A program made the position numbers and the translations under genes. A stretch of DNA of 64,000 nucleotides from the human T2T-CHM13v2.0 reference genome, Homo sapiens, in the NCBI RefSeq assembly GCF_009914755.1, contig NC_060925.1, one strand, 5' to 3'. Numbering within the stretch: the stretch's first letter is position 1; every line of letters begins with the position of its first letter. Below the pieces are notes generated by a model that worked only from the letters and a program-made list of their open reading frames with translations, searched no databases and had not been told where the DNA came from. This document shows, piece by piece, positions 39,146-53,756 of this stretch.

Positions 39146-39330
39146 ATGAAAGCAACTTACATTACTTTAAATGCCAACCTGCTCCTGGAGACACATGCTT
39201 CCTGAAAACGAGATTACTTAATGAAGTACTTGGCTACTCCATTCATGACAAGTGCATTTGAAAATGTTGTAAAATAGCCGTAGATTACAGACCTCATCAC
39301 ACACATGACTATTAATGCAATGAGACATGA
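39146..39330 (+). pseudogene. Relic exon (after AAA2)
   Basis: TTTTTTGTCTTACATAG acceptor; FLKTRLLNEV (39199-39228) vs DNAH5 FLKKRSPQEA (recalled). Confidence 0.5.
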
Positions 39331-42300
39331 CAGAGCATGAAATGTGCAATATTCATTCACATTGGGAGCTAAGTACTATCAGTGCATCCATGTGTGAATT
39401 AATACAGTATAACACACTCGTGGCCATGGAATGTCACACAGTGATGATGATTGGGCTTGTAAAATGCCTTAATCAAATATTATTTGAAAAGAACAAGTAT
39501 ATGCTGTCACATTGATGACAAGGTTTAAAAGCGTTGAGCTAAATACATTATGCTTCACTATAGTCAATAGTCCATTAATCCCATCAATTGTGTAATTATT
39601 TTGAATTGCTTTATTTGAACTATATTTCACTTCTGAAGTCTTATATGAATAATAGGACATTGGAAAAGTAAATTAAAGTCAGCAGCATATCTTTATAACT
39701 TCATATCCAGAAATGTAAGCACAGTAAAAATATGAATGTGATTATATTCACTTTTATGTATTTAGGGACACAGACATACTCTACTGGTAATTTTGCCTGT
39801 CTGTCCCTCTTATATTTGTCCCTTCTTTTTCTTTAATAGCTATGTCCCCCCAATCTGTGTGTAAGTGTTTCAGTCATTTCCATATGTAAAATTTACCTTC
39901 TTAGATCCTGCATGCCTCTCCTTCTGTTCACAGGAAATATTCTCACAGTTTCCATTAACTGTTACCACTTCTATATGTTTACTCCATTATCAACTGACAA
40001 AAATCAGCTGCTTTCCTACCAGCCCTATTCCCATCTCAAACCCCAATCTTAAGCTATAATTAGTCAATAATTCTCAATTAATTATTACAAAGACCATTTT
40101 CAATTCCATGAGTCTTGCTTGATCTTTCTTGTGTTTGACAATTTCTATCACTCCCTTCCTGATTTTCATTACATTACATTTAATAGGTTCCCTTCAATAT
40201 CTTTGGTGATTTCCTCTCAGCATTCTTCTCTTCCTCTTCATATTCTGAAACTATTCTTATTTCCTAAGATTGTATTCTTGTCCTTTTTATTATTTTTAGA
40301 TCTTACTCTGCACTCACCTGAGAAATTTTTTCACACTCTGAGTTTCCAGTGCTCATAATTCAAGTGTCACCACTAGCTTACACTTTTCTGAGCTGTAATC
40401 CCATATATATCTACTGCCTACAATATTCCTCCACTTATAGAATCCTCAAAGTCAACATGGCCCAAATAATCTTCCCATTTATCATCCTGCTTGTTTTCCA
40501 ATAATCCCTATTTTGTGAATGGTTTCATCATTAGCTCATTTATCTAAACATCATATGTAAAAGTTATTCTGGCTTCCCATTTTCTCTACCTTCTGAATTA
40601 TACATGTGTCTCTATTGATTACTTACTAAACAATGGGAATATTATTAGTGGATTTATGCTTGTACTCGTCAATACATGATTTTTTATTAGCTCAGGATGT
40701 CATAAATTGGTCCTTCATATTCTCAGAAGTATCTTTGCAGTAGTTTTTCTTTCAATATTTTAATGTATTTTTAAGATTTTGTGAGACTCAGTATATTAAA
40801 TTAATGTATTGCTCTATTTAAGGACTTTCATATTGCTTTCTTCTATAGTATAGATATATGCTTTGTGTTTAAAACATAAACAGAGACAGAGGTGGAGCAA
40901 AATGGCAGAATATAAGGATTCACCAATTGTTCCCACAACAAAGGCACTAATTTAACAACTATCTATATAGGAAAAAAAAAAACACCTTTCTAAGAACTAA
41001 AATCAGATGAACACTCACTGATAGTACTTCGTTTTAACTACATATCACCAAAAGATGCACTGAAGAGGTAGAAAAGACAGTCTTGAATGGCGGGTGATCA
41101 AAAGAGTCTCAATACTGTAATCCAGATAATTATCCTGAGTCTTCCCCAAGACCTTTAAGGTGCTACCTACAAGTCTGCAAGGATCACAGCGTTACTGGGC
41201 TTGGTGTGCCCTATAAAGTAGATACAGTTTAGGTCACAACACCCAAGTCCTTTCAAATATCTGGAAAGCCTTCCTAAGAAGGAAGGCTACAAATAAGCCC
41301 AGACAGTGAAGGCTACAATAAGTAGATAACTCTTCAATGCCCAGAAACTGAAGAACATGTGTTACTATCAATGCTATACATGAAAACATGACCTCACCAA
41401 ATGAGATAAATAAGGCTCCAGGGACCAATCCTGGAGAAATAGACATATATGACCATTCAGACAGAGAATTCAAAATAGCAGTCTTCAGGAAATTCAAAGA
41501 AATTCAAGATAACACAGAGGAATTCAGAATTCTCTCAGATAAATTTATCAAAGAGATAGAAATAATTAATAAGAATTAATAAATTCTGCAACTGAACAAT
41601 GCAACTGGCATACTGAAGAATGTACCAGAGTCCTTTGATAGCAGAATTGATCAAGCAAAAATAAGAATTAGTAAGCTTGAAGACAGGCTATTTGAAAATA
41701 CAGTCAGAGTAGACAAAATTTTTAAAAAATGACAAATAACGAAGCACACCTATGGGATCTAGAAGATTACCTCAAAAGGGCAAATCTAAGAGTTATTGGC
41801 CTTAAAGAAGATATAGATAAAGAGATAGGAGAAAAAAGTTTATTCAAAGGGATGTAACAGAGAACTTCCCAAACCTAGAAAAAGATATCAATAAAATAAG
41901 AAGACTATAGAACACCAAAAGGATTTAACTCTAAGAAGATTATCTCAAGGCCTTTAATAATCCAACTCCTAATGGTCAAAGATAAAGAAAAGATCCTAAA
42001 AGCAGCAAGAGGAAAGAAAGAAATAACATACAATGGAGCCTTAATATGCCTGACAGCTGACTTTTCAGTGGAAACCTTACAGGCCTGGAGAGAGTTGCAT
42101 GACATATTTCAAGTGTTGAAAGAAAGAAAAAAAATAACCTAGAATAGTATATCCAGCAAAAATATCCTTCAAATGTGAAGAAGAAATAAAAACTTTCCCA
42201 GACAAACAAAAGCTGAGGGATTTCATCAACACCAGACTTGTCATACAAGAAATGCTGAAGTAAACACTTCAATCAGAAAGAAAAGGATATTGATGAGAGA

Positions 42301-42734
42301 TAAGTAGTCACTTCAAAGTGCAAAACTCACTGGTAACAGTAAGTAGAGAAACACAGAATGTTCTAAAACTGTGACTGTGGTGTGTAAACTACTTTTATCC
42401 TAAGTAGAAAGACTAAGTGATTATTATTCAAAATAATAACTACAACAACTTTTCAAGACATAGAACAATAAGATAAGTACAATAAGATATAAATAAGTTA
42501 AAAAGAAGGGGTACAAAGTTAAGGCATATAATTTTATTAGTTTCTTTTTTTATTTTTTTATTGTTTACACAGTGTTAAGTTGCTATCAGGTTAAAATAAT
42601 GGGTTGTAAGATAGTATTTGCAAACCTCATGATAAGTTCAAACCAAAAAACACACCACAGATACACAAAAAATTTGAAAAGCAGGAAACTAAATCATATT
42701 ACCAGAGAAAATTACCTGAACTAAAAGAAGACGA

Positions 42735-42738
42735 ACGA

Positions 42739-42782
<44 letters not shown>

Positions 42783-42805
42783 AAAAGAAAGAGAGAGAAA
42801 GAAAG
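42735..42805. repeat. (GAAA)n microsatellite
   Basis: Direct observation. Confidence 0.9.
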
Positions 42806-43130
42806 AACCACAAAACTAGCAGAAAACAAATAACAAAATAGAAAGAGTACATCCTTACTCGTTAATAATAACACTGATTATCAATGGATGAAACTCTCCA
42901 ATCAAAAGACAGAGTAGCTAAATGGATTAATTTAAAAAAGAGACCCATTGATATGCTGCCTATAAGAAAGACAACTCACCTACAAAGATACAAACATAGA
43001 CTGAAAATAAAGAGATGGAAAGAGATATTCCATGCCAACAGAAACCAAAAAAATAGGCCTGTCTACACTTATATCAGACAAATAGATTACAAGAAAAAAC
43101 TATAAGAAGAAAGCAAAAAGGTCACTATAG

Positions 43131-43410
43131 GTTTGGTTTTTTCCAAATATAAGATCATATCATCTGCAAACAAGGGAAATGTGACTTTTTAAATTCCAGT
43201 TTGGATGCCCTTTATTTATGTATCTTGTCTGATTACTCTAGCTAGGACTTCCAGTAATATGTTAAATAACAGTGGTACAAACGGGAATCCTTTTTGTGTT
43301 TCAGACCTCAGAAGAAAGGCTTTCAGTTTGTCCCCATTTAGTCTGATACTAGTTGAGTGTCTGCCATATATAGCTTTTATTATGTGAAGTATGTCCTTCT
43401 ATCTATCCCA
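43131..43410 (-). mobile_element. Inverted copy of the L1 RT segment (homologous to ~44429-44705)
   Basis: Reverse-complement match; ORF-track peptides 43205(+) and 44419(-) are near-identical. Confidence 0.9.
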
Positions 43411-44070
43411 GTGAAAAAGGGGTTAATTCAACAACAAGATACAGCAATGCTGGAGCACCCAGACATATAAAGGAAATATTATTAGAGCTAAAGAGAGAGA
43501 GAGGCCCCAATACAATAATAGTTGGAGGCTGTTTCTTCCAGACAGAAAATCAACAAAGAAATGTTTGTCTTAATCTACACTATAGACCAAATGGATCTAG
43601 TAGATATTAATAGAACATGTCATCCAATGGCTGCAGAAATTCAAAGGATTATTAGTGGCTACTCTGAACAACTATATGCCAATAAATTGGAAAACCTAGA
43701 AGAAATGGGCAAGTTCCTAGACACATACAATCTACTAATATTAAAGCAGGAAGAAATCCAAAACCTGAACAGACCAATAACAAGTAATGAGATTGAAGCC
43801 ATAATAAAATGTCTCACAGGAAAAAATATTTCTGGACCTGATGGCTTCACTGCTGAATTCTACCAAACATTTAAAAAAGAATAACAATTCTATTTAAACT
43901 ATTCCAAAAAAAAAAAAAAGAGAGAGAGACGGAGAGAATACTTCCAAATTCCTTCTATGTAGCTAGTATTACCCTGAAACCAAAGCCAGAGAAAGACATC
44001 AGAAAAAGAAAACTACAGGCCAATATCTCTGATGACTACTGATGCAAAAATCCTCAACAAACTGAATTCA

Positions 44071-44265
<195 letters not shown>

Positions 44266-46374
44266 TTATCCCTGTGATGCAAGGATGATTCACCAAATGC
44301 AAATCATTCAAAGTGATACATCATATCAATAGAATGAAGGATAAAAACCATATGATTATTTCAATTGATGCTGAACAAGCATTTGAGAAAATTCAACATC
44401 ACTTTATGATAAAAATCATCAAAAAACTTGGGATAGAAGGACGTACTTCAACATAATAAAAGCTATATATGACAGACCCTCAGCTAGTATCAGACTGAAT
44501 GGGGACAAACTGAAAACCTTCCCTCTGAGTTCTGAAACACAACAAGGATGCTCACTCGTACCACTGTTATTCATCATATTACTGGAAGTCCCAGCTAGAG
44601 TAATCAGACAAGATAAATAAATAAAGGACATCCAAATTGTAATGGAAGAAGTCAAATTTCCCTTGTTTGCAGATGATATGATCTTATATTTGGAAAAGCC
44701 TAAAGTCTTCACACCTCAAATTATGAAAACTATTACAAGAAATCATTGGGGAAAATCTCCAAGATATTGGTCTGGACAAAAATGTATTGAGTAATATCCC
44801 ACAAGCACAGGCAACCAAGGCAAAAATGGACAAATAGGATCACATCAAATTAAAAGCTTCTATGCAGCAAAGGAAACAATTAACAAAGTGAAGAAACAAC
44901 CAGCAGAATGGGAGAAAATATTTTCAGACTACCCATCTGACAAGGGCTTAATAACCAGAATATATAAGGAACTCTACTTGATAGGAAAAAATCTAATAAT
45001 CCAATCCAAAAAATGGGCAAAAGATTTGAATAGACATTTCTATAAAGAAGACATACAAATGGCAAACAGGCATATGAAAATGTGCTCAATATCATTGATT
45101 ATCAGAGAAGTACAAATCAAAAATTCAATGAGATATCATCTCATCCCATTTAAAATGGCTTTATCCAAAAGACAGGCAGTAACAAATGCTGACAAGGATA
45201 TGCAGAAAAGGGAACTCTCACATGCTGTTGGTGGGAATGCAAATTAGTACAATCGCTATGAAGAACAGTTTGGAGGTTCCTCAAAAAACTAGAAATAGAG
45301 CTATCATATAATTCAGCAATCCTACTGCTGGGTATATACCCCCAAAAAAAGGAAATCAGAAAATTGAAGAGATTTCTGCACTCCCATGTTTGTTGCAGCA
45401 CTATTCATATTAGTCAAGATTTGGAAGCAGCCTAAGTGTCTATCAACAGATGAACGGATAAACAAAATGTGGCATGGAGTACTATTCAACCTTATAAAAG
45501 AATGAGATCCAGTCATTTGCAATAACATGGATGGAACCAGAGGTCATTATGTTAAGTGAAATAAGTCAGGCACAGCAAGACAAACATCACATGTTCTCAC
45601 TTATTTGTGAGATCTAAAAATCAAAACAATTGAAATCATGGACATAGAGTGTCAAAGGATGATTACAAGAGGCTGGGAATGATAGTGGGAGGCTGTGGGG
45701 GGAGGAGGGAATAGCTAATGGGTGCTAAAAATTAGAAAAAATGAATAATATCTAGTATTTGATTACATAACAGGGTGACTATAGTCAATAATAACAATTA
45801 TACATTTTTAAATAACTAAAATAGCTTAATTGGATTATTTTGAACATAGAGGATAAATGCTTGAGGTGTTGAATACCCCATTCTCCATGATGTAATTATT
45901 TCACATTGCATGACTGTATCAAACATCTCATATACCCTACGCGCACACACACACACACACACATATACACATATATATATACCCATATATATATACACAC
46001 ACACACACACATATATATATACATACTATGTACCCATGAAAATTCTAAAAAATAAAATTCTCTGGTTAAATAAATAACATAAAACACAATCAGAAGGTTT
46101 GGGTTACGTCAGCTTTGCTGAGTTTATTGTCATTATGGCAAGTTGTATTGAGGAAGAAAATCACCAAAAATATAAAATGGAAAGAAATGTCAATTATAAA
46201 AGATTAATTTTCAAACTAAAAGTAATGCAATTATAAGATGGAACTATAATTTATAATTAGTGTTTCCAAAAATTAATGAATCTTCCCAAAAATTAGCATG
46301 AGTCAAATGTAAACACAAAGATAGGCTCTCATTTATTGTTTTTTCATAACAATAGAACTTAAAATAATACTATT

Positions 46375-46810
46375 TTTGTAATGTTATATAACAAATTACT
46401 AAAACTTAGCAGTTTAAAAGAATACCCAGTTATTATCACACTTTTTTGTTGGTCAGAAGTGCAAGTGGGCTTACCTGGGTTCTCTTTTCTATGTGCTATA
46501 AGACTGAAATCAAAGTGTCCACTAGGGTGGGCCGTTATCTGGAGGCCTGAGTTCGAAGCTTATATACTTCTAAGGTTATACGTGTCATTGGCAGAAGTCA
46601 TTTTCTTGTGGTATAGAACTGAGGACTCATTCTGTGGTTAGCTGTCAGCCAGGCTACACCATACCTCTGAAAGGCACCTCCCTTTCATCTCACATGGCCT
46701 CTTCAATCTTCAAAGTAGCAGTGGCTCATTGAGTCCTTCTCATGCTTTGATTCTCTCTGACTTCTTCTTCTGGTACCAGATTGAGAAACTCTTCTATTAA
46801 GGGGATTCAA
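46375..46810 (-). mobile_element. MLT1-family LTR fragment
   Basis: AACAAATTACTAAAACTTAGCAGTTTAAAA...GGTCAGAAGT...TTGGCAGAAGTCATTTTCTTGTGG. Confidence 0.6.
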
Positions 46811-47679
46811 GTTTCACTTCCATTTAGTGCCACTAACTGTAAATTTTTATTAACAGGTGCCTCACATTGGCTGAGGCTATTAACAAATGTCTGCTTTTGA
46901 TAGCGTGGGCCCCTGAGAACATCTCCTGGGCTGCAAAGAGCGACTCACTCTTCTGGACCTGTAAAGTTACATCTTAGCTTCTGGACATTTACATCCAATG
47001 TGAAAGGAAGGGTGGTCTTTATACCTCCTTGGGAATTTGCCAGGCTGTATGCCAGATGTAAATAGGCAGAGCATCAGAAAATTGTCTCATAGTTCTGGGA
47101 CAGCTAAACAGGGCTGGATAAGAGGGAGAACTGTGAGAGGCAGCTATGTTGGCCCTCACCCTCACATGAGATCGTTCAGAGTGTGTGGGCAAAATGGGGA
47201 AGTCTACAGGGTAGTGAAGGCAGCTACTGAAAATGGAACAATTAGGGAGTAAAACTACTGAGCAAGGAAATGTTTTTTTTTTTTTTAATTTAAGAAGTGT
47301 AATATTATCTGTGTTTTCTGCAATGAGGGAAGAGTTTGAATCTCTGAACCAGTTTGTGGCACTCTTCTAATCAAAAAGTAAGCAGAGTAAGATCTTTGTT
47401 ATTACCACTGTGGGAAGAAAAATAAGAGGCTCTGCATGAGGGACATAGACAATGAGTCTGTAGAATCAATCACATATGGAGAAAAGCCAAGTCTGGATAA
47501 AAAGAAATGGGCAGTACATGTTATAGTGGATATAGAGTGAGTGAGTATCTCTGAAAATGCAAGTAACAAACAGTCTGACTCTATTTTGAGCAAGCAGTTA
47601 AGTGGAACTAAGAATTTTCAGTTAAATATAGAAACCAGAATTACTGATATATTTCTTTCCACTTTCCTAGTATGGAATA

Positions 47680-47890
47680 TTATTAAGCTGAAAAAAAGAC
47701 AGTCAAAATATCTTGACAATATAAAATAAAAGATTAAGATTTAATAAATATATTCTTCAAGTTCATCTAGCTAGAAGTATTTAAAAATTATTAAGCTGAA
47801 AAAAGAGATCTAGAATATCTTAACAATATAAAATAAAAAATTAAGATTTAGTAGGTAGAGATATTCTTCAAGTTTATCTAGCTAAAATTT
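47680..47890. repeat. Diverged ~108-bp tandem duplication
   Basis: TTATTAAGCTGAAAAAA...TATTCTTCAAGTT(C/T)ATCTAGCTA starting at 47680 and 47788. Confidence 0.85.
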
Positions 47891-48071
47891 TTCAAAAATT
47901 CATAGGAGAAAGAAATTGAAGATAGAGCACAAGAATTTTGGTTTTAATCTGTAGTTTTTGTGAGATTTTTGTGTTTAATGAAGTTAACCATAAAATGACA
48001 ATAGCATGAGTTGGTCATTCTCAGTTTCACTAAAGCACCCATGTATGTCCCAACATAAAACAAAGCTAATT

Positions 48072-48206
48072 GAGAAAGTCAAAGCCATCCTGGAATGACC
48101 CTTATGCATTTATGTCTGATCCATGATCTGGTGTTGAAGGAAGCACTTAAGATCGCTGCAACGTGTGTCCCCTCCTGGTCAGCTAATTTCAGGGGAGACT
48201 ATTGGG
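48072..48206 (+). pseudogene. Relic exon (LERL.F..WS region)
   Basis: GG|GTAAGT donor; ILE*PLCIYV*SMIWC* vs dynein LxRLFVFALLWS; acceptor not evident. Confidence 0.4.
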
Positions 48207-51200
48207 GTAAGTAATAATTTGCTTCATATTTTTGTTTATTTCATTCACCAACAAAGGATATAAACCTCCTATGTCCACACCAGGGTTCAGTAAGAAGAAA
48301 GAACCCATACCAGTTATTTGAACAATGAAATTTTAATATGAACAATTATTAACTAGGTACAAAATTCATAATGAGACAACTGAAATATAAGAAGAGAAAA
48401 GAAAAGTAGCTACCGTAGGAACAGTTATCAATCTTAGAGATGTGGGAACAAAGAGAAGGGATTCAAATTACTCTTGGTAATTTAAATCAATTTCCTCGTT
48501 AAAATGAGGCTGTTTGACTAAATTATGCCTAATATTCTATGGCTATTATTCTCTACAATCTGTGCTCTAAAATCCTGTGACTTCATAAATCAAGCTCAAT
48601 TAACCCCTGTGTGATTTTAAAAAAAGGTGAGAGTAGTGTTTATATTTCACTTCTTCTGAAGGGCTGGCATATTAGTAGAATGTCACCTGAACCCCCAAAT
48701 TATAATGACCCAACCAATATTTAAGGTCATTTTTTGCTCACTTAACAGCCATGAAAATATGTCCCTGGTCATTGAGGGATTCACCTCTACTTACTGACTG
48801 AGGGACACAAGTCTTCCCAGCAATGGCTCCCCTATTCCCCCAGTCATTATGCTCATCTGCACCAAGCTGAGAGGGGAAAGCACATGTAGAATGTATACAC
48901 TGGAGGTTTTGATGGTTATATGCGAAAGAGGTATTTATAATTTCTACTCACATTCTACTGGATAAAACTCAATCACTGTCAAGCCTAACAGAAACAAAGG
49001 AAGAAAAATTTAGCAGAGCTATGCTCCCAATAGAAAAGAAACATGTTTGGTAATCAGTTAACCATCTCTGCTACTGCTAGTTTTATGTAAACATTTTAGA
49101 GTGTAAAATTTCTGAGATAAACAGCTTAATTAGCCCTATTGTGTGTGCATGTTTTTCCAAAAGCATATCCAAATTATGATCTTATTTATTGAATTGATTG
49201 TTATCCATTTTACTTTAACAATTTTATTTAGATGTCTATATTTTATTTTAAAAGTAGTACTATACATTAATTTTTGTTTTATTTGTGTTCCAAAGTAAAG
49301 TGATTTTTGTGCAAGTTACCACATTATATAGAAATACTCTACTTGTGCATTTATTTGTCTCTCCCACTGAAATTTAAGCCATCATGGGCAGGGACTGTAT
49401 CTTTTTTATCTTTTGCTTCCATATCATCAAAAGCACCAATAAAACCACCTAACCTATTAAAAAATGACCATCTAGAATGAAGTAAATGTTTTAATTTTCT
49501 CAGTTCTACATTTTATTAAGCAGGTTCAAAATTGTTTACGATGTAAAGGTATATATATATTTTTAATGAACAGCACGATGTTAGGAAGTCTCAGAAACAG
49601 CCATGGAAGACAGAAAGAGGTGTGAGTGCACTTGTAAGCAATTTGTTCTTTTCCAGACAAAGTCACACCCAGGACCAGAATTAATATAATATTTCCTCTA
49701 GGTCTTATACACTACCCTTTATGTGAGGAAGCTTTGACCCTCAGGAGTCACAAATGGCTTCACTAAAACTTTTAAACTTCATCAACAAAGGTGAAGAATC
49801 AACATAGGCAGCATGTCTGTTCCGCCCCAAATCAAGAATAATCCAGCCCACAGTTTCTAAGATCTTGCCTTTTCCTGGATTAAGTTAGGGCCAAAAAGAG
49901 ATCTGGAGTTCCACTCTCAGTGAAGGTGGATTTATCAGCTTCCAGAAATAAGCAGCCAGGAGGCTGTGACCTTTAAAGTGTTAAAAGGAGGTATACACTC
50001 TGGATCTCTCCTGACTGTAAAAGAGGGCACCAGGGGTGATATTTTGCATATCTTTTTCCAGCTTAGTATTGTTCTCTACTAGGGAAGTGAAATAAATCTA
50101 TCTGTGCATTCCGGTTTTTATACTTAACAGAAATTCTTAGCTCCACTTGCTCACTGCAGTTATTACAGGTTGAGGTGGCAAGGGTAGAGTGAGTTTTGTC
50201 CAAGAGCTTGGCAACTTTGGGCAGGAAACTATTTTTGTCTCAATTTCTTCATTTGTAAGATGAGAGGTAAGGAAGAAATGATTTCTAAGTTACCTTTCAG
50301 TTCTAACTTCTAGTAATTTTATTAGGTTGGCTTTTGCTCTGGAGAGAGAAGACCTAGATTTGACTCTGCGTGATCATGGGTGAGTGATTTAATCTCTCCA
50401 AAGCTTAATGTACTCATTAACAAAATGCAGATAATAATACCATTCCTTACAGGTTAGCACACATCTTCACCTGCAAAAATAGCTGAATAAAATGTAGTTA
50501 TCATTAAAATATCTGTTACTGGCTATCAATTTCTTAAACTTCCCACAGAGTAATACCTTTTGAAATACCTCATTTATTCAAATCTGAAAATCAATAGAAT
50601 TGCTATGAGAGTTTATAAAGTATACGCATTGTTATTAATTGTATATTGTTAACCGTTTAAGAGGTCTGACTTAGGAATTATAAATTTAGTCTCATCAATT
50701 TCTACTCATCCTGTGTATATGTTACATATAATGGGGGGGGGGTTGCAATTATTCAATTTAATAGTTTTACTCAAAATAATTAAATAATTTTTTCTTCAAT
50801 TAAACCAGAGAGAAGAAGTAATGGGAGGTAGAAATGAATTATAGTCATTCATTCACACAGATAAATGTGAAGGTAATAAAACATGTAGTCTTGGACATAG
50901 CAAGAGACACTGAAAATAGACGGAATATTCAAATGGGCCTTATAGAATAAGTAGCACTTCCATAGCTATAAATTTTGAAAATACTATAATGGGTTGGGTT
51001 GGAGGAAGGTAGGAATGGGAAGAGAATGCCATGACCACAAAAAAGAGTAGAATTAAAGTGCAGGACACACTGATGGAAACCTGAAAGTAATTTTGACTCT
51101 GGAAATGTAAGTGTTAAACTTAAGTGAAAGAAATGAAATAAACATTAAATGCAATAAATGCTAAATGAAATCAAGCATGCTCATAAAAAATAAGTGGAAT

Positions 51201-51540
51201 TTTAGGGAAAGTTTTGTAGGGAAAGTAAAAATGAGATTGATAAACCAGTGCACATATGAATGGGCAGGAAAGAAAACATTTATATCAATATTATTTCTTA
51301 CTTAAAATTAAATATATGTTTAGGAAAGCTTTATCCCCCCAAACACTAAACTCCTAACTTTTTGTTTTTCTATTGTTACATTGCAATAAATATTAAACAA
51401 ACAGACAATTAAAAAGAAATATTCTGTGTGAATTGAGCTGTTTTTGATACCCAAATGTATCTGATTTCGTTGAAGTTACCAGGCACTCTGAAGTTAGATT
51501 TCACAGAAAGTTTAGATTCTCCTTTCTTTCTTGAACTCAG

Positions 51541-51645
51541 TGAAATTCTTCAGCAGTGTAAATCCCTTTGAAGTCAGGTTGATATGCCGATGTTGAATCA
51601 AATTTTGTGAACTTCAAAGCTTGCTCTCTTCTAGAGGATATCCTG
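51541..51645 (+). pseudogene. Relic exon (AAA3)
   Basis: TTTCTTGAACTCAG acceptor, CTG|GTGAGG donor; KFFSSVNP, then after a frameshift LNQIL*TSKLALF*RI vs FMSKYDP..LNFSSATTPLMFQRTI (recalled). Confidence 0.5.
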
Positions 51646-51884
51646 GTGAGGCTAGATATTGCAAAAAGAAATAATACTACCTGAACATTTTAACTAACCT
51701 GGTTTGTAAAATAATATGTAAGCCTTCTTATTTCGTGACTGTTCATCTTTTTGATATATTTACAATATTTAGTGCTTTATTATTACTATAATATTTCAAA
51801 ATTTTGGTTCATACATATTTTATGCAATAGAAGTCTGATGAACTTACCTTACATGGAAATTTTATTTTATTTTCTTATAAAAAG

Positions 51885-52010
51885 GAGTTTTGAAAAGAAT
51901 ATAGAATTGTGAACCGCAGAAGCTTCATGAAGGTGTCAGCTATGAGTCGTGGGGTAAATGTATTCCAAAAAGGAATTAACAAATGAACATCCCAAGTTTT
52001 TACAAGAAGG
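51885..52010 (+). pseudogene. Relic exon (AAA3 Walker B region)
   Basis: NRRSFMKVSAMSRGVNVFQKGIN (51912-51980) in register with [23 protein letters not shown] (recalled). Confidence 0.45.
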
Positions 52011-52379
52011 AAATAACATGATGTATGTCTAAGTGCTTAGTATTCATTTAGAGTTAATTTAAAGCATCTGATTGAATTTTCTTCCTTCTAATCTCCATGA
52101 AACACTGAAAATTATCAGAATGATGACTTTTTAAATTAAGATATTTTTATTAATTATTCCAGAGTAAGGAACATATGGGGAATAACATGTATAACTCCTC
52201 ACTTCCTCTCATATCCCACATACAAACCACAAGGAAATTGTGGGTTGCATGGGAATTAGATGCCATTATATTAGAATGTTATTGTAGAGTCTTCTCCAAA
52301 CAGTTCGAAAAGTATTACAAAAAATACATAAATTCTTACAATGCCATATATAGGCATGAATTTAATTAAATTACCACAT

Positions 52380-53330
52380 CCATTCTTTATCAAATTGGTA
52401 CTGAGAGTCAACTATGTACTAGGCACTATTTCCATCAAGAATAAATGAAACACTCCTGTGCTCATGAAGTTCATGTTCAGAGTTTAGAGAGAGGCAATTA
52501 AAAAAAAGAATGAATAAGTAAATTATATAATAGTGGGAAGTAATACAGAAAAAAAGAAAATGCAGAGCAGGGTTAGGTGAATCAGCAGTGGAAGGCATCC
52601 CTTGCATGTGGGTTTAATTTCAGATAAATTGTGAGGGAAGGCCTCGGTGAACGTGTAACACATGAACCAAGACTTGAAGGTGCGAGAGTGAGTGCTGTGC
52701 ATGAGCAGGGAAAACGTTTGAAGCCAAGGCAGTGGCAGTGTGGAAGCCCGAGAACAGGAGTGTCCATCAAGCGGTTAAGGAGCACAGTTTCCTGCAAGCA
52801 AAGTAAGCAAGGAGAGAATGGAAGGACATGGGGGAAGGAGGGTGATTGTGGAAGGCAAATAAGCCTATTTTTTAAAACTTTTAATTACATTCTAAATGGA
52901 TTAGCAAGAGCCATGGGTGGAATTTGTGAAGTAAACCAAATTGTTTTGGTTTGTATTTTAAAAGGAACACTCTGGCTACTGTGTTGAGAATAAACAAGAC
53001 AAGGATGGAAGTGGGGAGAGGAGCGAGAAGGCTGTTGCAGTGATGAGAGGGAGAGAAGGCCGTGGCTCCCAAGAGAGTGCCAGCAGGTTGGGTGGTGGGC
53101 AAGGGGTCAGGCTCCGATTTCATTCTGAAAGTAGAACCAGTAAGATTTCCTTGTGGGTTTTATGTCTGTTATGAGAGAAAGTGAGGTGTCACAGATGACC
53201 CATGATTTTTTTTTTTCCTATGAGTGACAGAAAGAATGATCTGCTATAAACATGGGAAAAGCCATAGGAGGAACAGTTTCTTTCTTTCTTTGAAGAGAGT
53301 GGGTGGAATGAGAAACTCAGTTTTGATAAA
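52380..53330 (-). mobile_element. L2a-like fragment
   Basis: ACTATGTACTAGGCACT...GAGGGAAGGCCTC...CTCTGGCTACTGTGTTGAGAATA... Confidence 0.75.
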
Positions 53331-53633
53331 ACAATCTACCCAAGTCAAATACCCTTTTCCTTATTGAATAAAAGCATAACATAAAAGACAGATGTATTTG
53401 TACTAATTTAGGTAGGAAGTCACCACAGTTTTCATAATTCATTTTGGCCTATGTTGCAGCATTGCATTTCTGGTATCAACAGACTATTAATAAACCAACA
53501 ATGAAAAGCTTAGGGAGACCAACATCTTTAGACATACTTAGAACAAAGTATAGATAGCTCATATTGAATGAAATTCTGCCACATGAATTTAAGAGAAAAG
53601 GATCATTTTTTCAATATTAATCTTGATATTTAG

Positions 53634-53756
53634 CTTTTCATTAAATGGATAGGTTTTAAGGGAGGCATTAAATGTATTGGAAAAGGTGAATTGCTTGCCA
53701 CAAAAATAAAATTTTAAGGAGGTTATTTTAATATAATAAAAAGTGTGTTTTGGAAG
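53634..53756 (+). pseudogene. Relic exon (AAA3 LPTP..HY.FNLRD..VWQ region)
   Basis: TTTAG acceptor, AAG|GTATTG donor; ..LEKVNCLPQK, then YFNIIKSVFWK (53724-53756) vs [21 protein letters not shown] (recalled). Confidence 0.5.

Noticed and set aside
40691-40780. Possible relic exon (LRMS*IG..) with AG/GT boundaries
   Set aside because: No motif could be matched with confidence.
46857-47040. Possible relic exon after TTAACAG (..AINKCLLLIAWA..)
   Set aside because: Competes with 48072-48206 for the same motif; similarity too weak.
49939-50060. Possible AAA3 Walker A relic (SLLTVKEGTRG)
   Set aside because: Position fits the order, but there is no GK and similarity is marginal; not listed as a feature.
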